From an uncultured Clostridium sp. (GTDB lineage: Bacteria; Bacillota; Clostridia; TANB77; CAG-508): a DNA stretch of 32,000 bases. The stretch is taken from positions 12,224-44,223 of the forward strand of contig CAMMTN010000011.1 in the NCBI GenBank assembly GCA_946499885.1, written 5' to 3'. A program made the translations under genes and the position numbers. This document shows, piece by piece, positions 19,281-27,400 of this stretch. A model generated the notes under the pieces. The model made no database searches. It was given only the letters and a program-made list of their open reading frames with translations, and had not been told where the DNA came from. Every line of letters begins with the position of its first letter. Positions within the stretch are counted from its first letter, which is position 1.

Positions 19281-19436
19281 TTAATTATTAAAAAAATCAG
19301 ATTTTAATTTTAGTTTAGAACCTTGTAAATTATGAAATAATTTATTATTGAAAAATAAATAAATTGAATAAAGAGTAATAAAAAGATGAATAATAAAAAA
19401 TATAAAGAATAAATCAATTAGGTTTAATTTAAACAC
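19281..19436 (-). CDS. 51-aa hydrophobic ORF, in frame with and probably the original 5' end of the T4CP gene
   Basis: AGGA, 5 nt, then GTG (19436). It reads MFKLNLIDLFFIFFIIHLFITLYSIYLFF... and ends at TAA 19283-19281, which is in the same frame as the downstream T4CP reading frame. Confidence 0.35.
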   Translation of the reverse strand: MFKLNLIDLFFIFFIIHLFITLYSIYLFFNNKLFHNLQGSKLKLKSDFFNN

Positions 19437-19456
19437 CGCCTTCCTAATTTTTACCA

Positions 19457-19485
19457 ATCATACAACATTTTTTTTGTTTTGTCTA
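19457..19485 (-). promoter_or_regulatory. Candidate promoter of T4SS module B
   Basis: On the minus strand: TAGACA (19485-19480), 17 nt, TATGAT (19462-19457). Confidence 0.3.
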
Positions 19486-19524
19486 TAGTTTTCTGAAAAA
19501 TTCGTAAAAAATATTCTAAAACAA

Positions 19525-19577
19525 TATATATCCTCAAAACTCTTAGTATTAAAAATAAAGGTTTTTGAGGATATATA
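19525..19577 (-). terminator. Terminator of the NRPS-kinase operon
   Basis: 15-bp stem TATATATCCTCAAAA (19525-19539) / TTTTGAGGATATATA (19563-19577) with a 23-nt loop, about 20 nt after the kinase stop, followed by a T-rich tract on the minus strand. Confidence 0.5.
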
Positions 19578-19598
19578 CTTTTATTAAAAAATTTAACA

Positions 19599-21407
19599 CT
19601 ATGTAATAGGAAGTATTATACTAAATGTAGTACCTTTTCCTTTTTCACTTTCAAAAGTTATATTTCCATTAAAATGAGCTCTAATGGTAGAATATGACAT
19701 AAATAGTCCTAAGCCGGTACCATTTTTACCTTTGGTCGTTATCATTTCTTTAAATAGTTTTTGCTTAACTTTATCAGGTAATCCATTTCCATAATCTTTT
19801 ACAGATATTATAATATTATTATCTTTTTTATCTAGTATTAAGTCAATACTTTTATTAGTTTCACCATTATATGCCTGTATACTATTTGAAATCATATTAT
19901 TTATAACTTGTACTAAACTTGTTATATCTCCATGAAGAACCGTGTTTTTATCGGTATTAAATTTTATATTTAATACAATCAATGCATTTTTTAATTCATG
20001 CTTCATTAAAATATTTACTCTTTTAATTAGTTCATCCAAATCAAAAGATGTTGATTCATTATCTGATAGAGTAACAGCTTGTCCTTTAACAGCAGTAATT
20101 ACATCAGACATATATTCTGAATATGATTTTATTTTATTCACCCATTCAGTCATATCTTTTGCAATAGCATGGTGATCATCATTGGTTACTTCAGGGTCAC
20201 CAATAGATTCATCATATTCTTTTATTAAATCTGATAGCCCTTCACTAGCTCCTGAAATTGACATTATAGGTGTTTTTAAGTTATGTGCAATTCCACCAAT
20301 TAATTGACCAAGTGAAGCTAATCTTTCTCTTTCCATAAGCATATTTTGGTTATTTTGAATTGTTTTTAAGTCGAGCATATGTTGAGTTGTATCTTTAAAT
20401 AATATAAGAATTCCTAAAAATTTTCCATCTGATTTTATTGCATTAATTTCTATATGGAAATATTTTTCTTCGTCCATTAATTTCTTTTCAAAATTGTATG
20501 TATCATCAGACATTTTTACCTCTTCAATATAATTTTTTAAATCTTCTTTTTTGAAATTAAAATAGTTTAATCCTGCAATAAAATCATAAAAATTTTGATT
20601 TCTGACAGAGATTTTTTCAAGTCCAAACATATTTAAAAAAGTTTGATTAAAATCAATAATTAAATCATCTTCGTTAATAACAACATAACCATCCGAAATT
20701 CTGTCTACAATTTTTTGGAGTGCGATAGGAGCAACAGTTAAAAATTCAAATTTGAATATGGCAATTGCGAAAAACAAAATTGTAAATGCGAAGCAAATAG
20801 GTGTTATGTAAATAGTCATAGGAATGATATTAAAAGTTCCCAAAATATTTATAGCTATTGGAATTAGCACGCCAATAACAATTAAAATAGACTGTTTAGA
20901 AAAGAAACCTGCATTTTTAACAGAATATCTCAAAAGATTTATTATACTAATTGCTAATAATCCATAAGTATATATATAATGTATGATAGTATAAGGACCT
21001 GTGATTGTATCATTTAAATTAGTAGAATATACTTTATAAAATAAATGATGATACTTATTTGTCCATAGTACAATTAAAGAAATTATTGGTACAATAAATA
21101 ATAATAAGTACCTTTTCTTAAATTTGATTTTGGTATTTGCAAAAACGAAACTTGTAAAAAATAAAGAAATAGGCAAAAAGCAAATACCAATATATGCAAA
21201 ATAGTCAAAAAATATTGGAGAAATATTAAATAAATCAGAAAATAGTATTTGACAAATTAAAGGAGCAAGCCAAATAAAAATTAATAATAAGTTTAATGTA
21301 AAAACATTAGCTAATGTATTCTTAAATTTATTTTCTTGAATATAAAAGTATAATGCTAGAGTTATAATTGTTGAAATAACTAACATTATTAAGTTAAAAG
21401 CATCCAT
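19599..21407 (-). CDS. Orphan sensor histidine kinase (N-terminal 7TM sensor domain, PAS, HisKA, HATPase_c)
   Basis: About 7 TM helices in aa 1-230, then a PAS-like segment (IVDRISDGYVVINEDDLIIDFNQTF). H-box GGIAHNLKTPI, N-box NNMISNSIQAY, G1 VKDYGNGLP, G2 GTGLGLFMS. No response regulator is adjacent. Confidence 0.9.
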   Translation of the reverse strand: MDAFNLIMLVISTIITLALYFYIQENKFKNTLANVFTLNLLLIFIWLAPLICQILFSDLFNISPIFFDYFAYIGICFLPISLFFTSFVFANTKIKFKKRYLLLFIVPIISLIVLWTNKYHHLFYKVYSTNLNDTITGPYTIIHYIYTYGLLAISIINLLRYSVKNAGFFSKQSILIVIGVLIPIAINILGTFNIIPMTIYITPICFAFTILFFAIAIFKFEFLTVAPIALQKIVDRISDGYVVINEDDLIIDFNQTFLNMFGLEKISVRNQNFYDFIAGLNYFNFKKEDLKNYIEEVKMSDDTYNFEKKLMDEEKYFHIEINAIKSDGKFLGILILFKDTTQHMLDLKTIQNNQNMLMERERLASLGQLIGGIAHNLKTPIMSISGASEGLSDLIKEYDESIGDPEVTNDDHHAIAKDMTEWVNKIKSYSEYMSDVITAVKGQAVTLSDNESTSFDLDELIKRVNILMKHELKNALIVLNIKFNTDKNTVLHGDITSLVQVINNMISNSIQAYNGETNKSIDLILDKKDNNIIISVKDYGNGLPDKVKQKLFKEMITTKGKNGTGLGLFMSYSTIRAHFNGNITFESEKGKGTTFSIILPIT

Positions 21408-21419
21408 AATTTTAACCTC

Positions 21420-24400
21420 CTATATATTTTTTATTAAATTTTCAATATATTTTTTTGTAATAATTGGCCATGAAAAACCTATTTTATGGAAAAAAGCTTG
21501 AGAAAAATTATTTTCTATTTTAATAGGTGTATCATATATTAATTTATGGTCACTATTTAAATCATTTAATATATGTGAAAGAACATATTTTTTTTCGTCA
21601 TTTTTTAACATATTATTTATAATATTTCTAAACTCTAAATCTGAAACAATATCAATTTTATATTTTTTAGGTAGTAAATTAATAAAATTTTCTATATAAA
21701 CATGATTTTGATTAAATATATGTAAAACGGATATATTTTTATCCAAATATTCTATGCTTTTCACAATAGCTTCTGCAACATAATCAACAGGACTAAATTC
21801 CATGTATTTATCCAAAATATAATCTGGTAGAGCAGAAATTTCCAAAAAGGCTTTTATTTTATTTGCAAAAGCATTTTCACTTGAGTTAAGTTGAAATTTG
21901 CCATCTGAAAATCTATTTGTGATATTTCCTATCCTTAATATTAAAGCATTTAAGTTACCTTTGCTTATTTCCTCTAAAATATTTTTCTCAGCTTCAAATT
22001 TACTATGTACATATACATTTTCCATTGATTGTCCTATATAAAGGTTATTTTCATTAAAACTTACATTAGATGTAAAACTGTTATTATTAACGGCAAAGTC
22101 AGCCAAAGTATTTCCAGAAACACTTATAGTAGATATTTGTATTAATCTTTTATTATATCTTTCACAAAATTCAATTAATTTTCTTACACTCGTTGTATTA
22201 ATTGCTTCAAAATCACTATAGTTTCCATAATGCTTTACTACTGCTGCAGTATTTATTACACAAGAAATATTATTACTAATAGAGAAAAGCTTTTCGTCTG
22301 TTAAGCCTAATTTATCTTGAGTTAAATCTGAGTTTATAATAAATATACGTTTATTTATTAAATTATCATATATATTTCCAAAATAAAAATGTAACTTGTT
22401 TAAAACTTTATCAGTTAATGAAATACTAGGGTCTTTTCTTACTAAACAATAAATTTTAATATCAGTATTTTTTATTAAATAATCTAATATATGTGCACCC
22501 AAAAATCCAGTTACACCAGTTAATAAAACATTTCCTATTGGATTATATGTAAGATTACTTAAATTATCAATATTATTTTTACTTAACACATTGTTTATAT
22601 TAGAGTAATCATAGTTTGCGTAAGAATCAAGAGATGTATCAATAATATTCATTTTTTTATCTATAAAAGTTGATAATTTACGTATGGTATTATATTTAAA
22701 AATTTCTGCATATGTAACATTAATATTTTCTTTTAATAATACTATTTGCATTTTTAATGCGAGTAAAGAATCGCCACCAATCTCAAAAAAGTTATCTAAA
22801 ACACTTATTGGTGATATGCAAAGCAATTTTTCCCAAATTTTAGAAATTTTACATTCTGTGTCTGTTTTAGGTAAAATAATGTGTTTATTGGTGTTAACAA
22901 AATTAGGTTCTGGTAATGATTTTACATCAATTTTTCCATTAGGTGTGTATTTAAAATCATCTATTTGCATAATGTATGTAGGAAGCATATAGTTTGGTAA
23001 AAACATACTTAAATACTGTTTTAATTCAGCTACAGGTATTCTGTTTTTAGAAATAAAATATGCACATAAAATCTGTCTATCAAAAGAATCTTTGGTTGCA
23101 GTAACTTTGACATTTTCTATTCCTTTAAAAGTTAAAAATATTTTTTCAATTTCACCTAATTCAATTCTTAAACCTCTAATTTTTACTTGAAAATCAGATC
23201 TTCCTAAATAAACTAATTCGCCATTATCTGACCATTTAGCCAGGTCGCCAGTATCATAAATTTTTTGATAATTATTATAAGGATTATCTAAAAATCTTCT
23301 ATTTGTTAAATCTTGATTATTTAAATAACCTTTACATACTCCATCTCCACCAATATATAATTTACCAGGAACATTAGTTGGAAGAAGTTTTAAATTATTA
23401 TCTAAAATATACATAGTAGTATTAGATATAGGAGTTCCGATATTAATATTATCTGTGTCAGTTAAATCTTTTATAGAAGACCAGACAGTAGTTTCTGTAG
23501 GACCATACATATTGTAAATTTTAGCTTTAGTTAAACCTTTTATTTTTTGTAATAGTTTATAAGGAAAAGGTTCTCCACCTAGCATAATAACCTTAAGTTT
23601 TTTTAAATATTCCAAAGAAGAATTATCACTAATTAATAATGAGAACTTTGAAGGAGTAGTTTGTAACATTGTAACACCATGCTTAATACATAATTGATTA
23701 AGTAACTCTGGAATTGTCTGTTCAGATTCGTTTGCAATAACAATTGTTATTCCTTTTTGCAATGGCAAGATGGATTCAAGCACAAATATATCAAAACAAA
23801 TTGTAGTAATAGAAACTATTACTTTTTCAAACTGTATTTTAGAAGTGGTTCCTTGTATAAAATTATTTACATTTTTGTGAGTTATTGCAACACCTTTTGG
23901 ATTTCCAGTAGAGCCAGAAGTATATATTACATATGCTAAATCATTAGGAGATATTACTTTATTTAAATTATTAGTGTCATATTTTTTATATGCAATGCTA
24001 GTATGTAATGAAACATCAATTATATCAACAATATCAAAGCAAATTGAAGAATCATTAGTTAAAATCAATTTAACATTACTATCCTTTGTTATATAACTTA
24101 TTCTATTTTTAGGATAAGTTGGGTCTATTGGTAAATATGCTGCTCCTGTTTTTAATATTGCAAGCATGCTAACCATAATTTCTAATGAGCGAGGGAGCAT
24201 AATTCCAACAATAGAATTATTTGTAACACCATTTTCAATTAAATATCTTGCTAATTGGTTAGCTTTTTCATTTAATTCCCTATATGTTAGTTTTTGGTCT
24301 TCGAAAACAACAGCAATATTATTTGGAGTTTCTTCTACTTGTTTCTCAAACAAATCTACAATCGTTTTATCACGAGGGTAGTCTACTGTAGTATTATTAA

Positions 24401-27400
24401 AATTATATAATATTTGTTTTTTCTCTTCTTCTGAAAGCATATCAATATCAGCTATTTTTGTATTAGCGTCTTTCAAAACACTATTTAATATGTTTATATA
24501 ATGTGATGCAAATCTTTCTATAAAATTTTTATCAAATAATTTTGTACAATATTCAAAACGTAAAGATAATTTATCCTCAAAAGGTATAATTTCTAAAGAC
24601 AAGTCGAATTTTGAAATATTGTTATCTGGTATAAAATATTTAGATTTTATACCTTTAAAATCTATTTCTGGATACCCATTATTCTGATAAATAAACATAA
24701 TATCAAATAATGGATTTCTGCTAGCATCTCTTTTAATATTTAATTGTTTTACCAATTCATCAAAAGGATATGTTTGATTTTTGAAAGCTGATAAACAGTA
24801 ATTTCTAATATTATTTGCAAAATCTTCAAAACTTGCATTATGATTTACTGTATTTCTTAGAGCCAATGTATTAACAAACATTCCTAAAACATTTGAAAGC
24901 TCTGGCAATTCTCTTCCAACAATAGGCGTTCCAATAACAATGTCATCTTGAGAAGTATATTTTGAAAGTAATATATAAAAAACAGATAACATTAGCATAT
25001 ATGGAGTAATTTTTAGTTTTTTAGACACATTATTTATATTATCAAAAATATCTCTATTTAAATTAATATAATAGTTACTACCCTCAAAGCTTTGTACAGA
25101 AGGTCTAGCATAAGTTGTAGGCATATTTAATAAAGGTATTTCATCTTTATATTGTTTAAGCCAAAAATCTCTTGCTTGTGCAAATTCTTTTCTATTAAAT
25201 TGTTGCTTTTCCCATACTGCAAAATCTGTATAATCTATATGTTTTTCAGGTAATTCTTTTTCATTATATAAATCACATAATTCTTTAATAAAAATAGTTA
25301 AAGAGGCTCCATCACTAATAATATGATGCATATCTAGTAAAAGTAAAGAATGATTATCCTTTAAATTTAATAATTTTGTCCTAAATAAAGGCGCTTTACT
25401 TAAATCAAAAGGTTTAACAAAGTCTTTAAATAAATCTTCAATAGAAGAATCTTTTTGGTTTTCTACTATTAAATTAAAATCTATGTTGTTTTTTACTTTT
25501 TGAACAATCTCATCATTTAATAAAGTAAATGATGTTCTAAAAGACTCATGTCTATTTATTAAGATTCTAATGCAATTTTCTAATTTATTAACATCTGGTA
25601 TTTTATCAAATATAAGACCGCCAGAAATATTATATAATAAAGAATTTGTATCCATACTAGAAGCATAGTAAATTCTTTTTTGAGCAGAAGAAACAGGGTA
25701 ATATTCCTTCTTTGTAGCCTTTGAAATTGTTATAGTTTCTTTATTATTTGTTAAGTTAGATGAAATATAATCTGATAAATCTTTAATAACAGAATGCTCA
25801 AATATATCCTTAACAGATATAGATAGATTATATCTTGTACTTAAATAAGTTGATAAAGAAATTGCACTTAGTGAATCTCCACCAATATCAAAAAATGAAC
25901 TATCTATACTTATTTGCTTTAAATTAAACATATCACATATTTTATTTATAATACATTCATCTATTAAATTACGTGCAGGAACTATCCTATTCTCCTCAAA
26001 AGCAGGCATAGGAAGTGATTTGCGGTCTAATTTCCCACTAATAGTAAGAGGTAAACTTTCAACCTGCAAAATATATTTTGGAATCATATACTTAGGCAAG
26101 TAATCTGCAACAAATGCTTTTAGATTATTTACATTAATTTGTTCATCAGCAATAATGTATGAGCAAATTGCTTTTTGATTATTTAATTCTATTAATATAG
26201 ATATACTTTGCTTTATGCCATTATATTTTAATATATTTGTATCAATGTCTTCTAGTTCTATACGGTATCCACGTAGTTTAATTTGCTTATCTAGTCTTGT
26301 TAAAAATACAAGATTTCCATCAGGTAACCATTTTACTTGATCACCAGTTTTGTAAATAATTCCTTCACCAAAAGGATTTTTAACAAATTTTTGTTTAGTA
26401 AGTTCATAATTATTTATATATCCTCTAGCAATGCCATCTCCACCAACCCATAATTCTCCAGGAACACCAATTGGTTGTAAAGTTCCAGTTTTAGACACTA
26501 CATAACAAGTAGAATTTGAAATAGGCTTTCCTATTGGAATTATTCCATCCTTCTCATTTCCTGAAATTTGATAACATGTTGAATAAGAACCATTTTCAGT
26601 AGGTCCATAGCAATTAATTATTTGTACTTTTGGACAAGCAGAAATTACTTTTGCAATGTGTTTTGGAGATATTACATCACCACCAGTTAATAAATAACGT
26701 ACACTTGCAAAAATACTTGGATCTTCATTTATCAATTGATTTAAAAGCCCTGTTGTTAAAAATAAAATAGAAATTTGTTTTTCTTTAATAAAATTCTTCA
26801 TATATGAAAAGTCCATTAATCTTGCTTTAGGGAGAATATGTAGTTTAAAACCATTTAATAAAGCACCAAAAATTTCAAAAATGCAGGCATCAAAAACAAT
26901 AGTTCCCGTTTGAACCATAATTTCATGTTCCCTAAAGCTCAAGAAATTTGGATTTTTTACAAGTCTTACAATATTTCTTTGCTTTACCATAACACCTTTT
27001 GGAGTTCCAGTAGAACCTGATGTATAAATAATGTATATTAAATCTTCAGGTGTAATTGAAATTTCTAAATTATCTTTATTAGCGTTATTTCCATATATAA
27101 ATGATGAATCTAAATCTATTTCTAAATAACTTACATTTAAAATCTTGACCATTTCACAAAGCTTATGACTTGTTAATATTAGACTAGGATTAGAATTAGA
27201 TATTATATATGATAAACGTTCTACAGGAAGCTCAAAATCTAATGGTAAAAAGCATGCTCCTGCTTTTAAAATTGCTAACATTCCTATTATCATTTCCAAA
27301 GATTTATCAATAAATAATCCAACAATATCACCATTTTTTATTTGGTAATTTAACTTTAAAAAGTGAGCTAATTGATTTACTTTTTCATTTAATTCACCAT

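Larger units (their letters stand above)
15730..19485 (-). mobile_element. T4SS module B (VirD4, VirB2-like, VirB6-like, VirB3-like), convergent with module A
   Basis: Four tightly packed minus-strand genes of extreme AT content with T4SS hallmarks, bounded by the upstream operon terminator (19525-19577) and the dnaD-like promoter. Confidence 0.5.

Noticed and set aside
19312-19417. Alternative 35-aa hydrophobic ORF (TTG 19417 to TAA 19312, minus strand) upstream of the VirD4 gene
   Set aside because: It is out of frame with the T4CP and has no RBS within 5-10 nt. The overlapping 51-aa GTG-initiated frame, which is in frame with VirD4 and has AGGA at proper spacing, is the better reading.
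5185-19600. Search for att-like direct repeats, integrase, transposase or relaxase genes, or tRNA targets flanking the two T4SS modules
   Set aside because: By eye I found no matching direct repeats at the module borders (about 5235/10930 and 15700/19500) and no tRNA-like GC-rich cloverleaf. No ORF carries tyrosine or serine recombinase, DDE or HUH motifs. The boundaries therefore cannot be defined as a bona fide integrated element.
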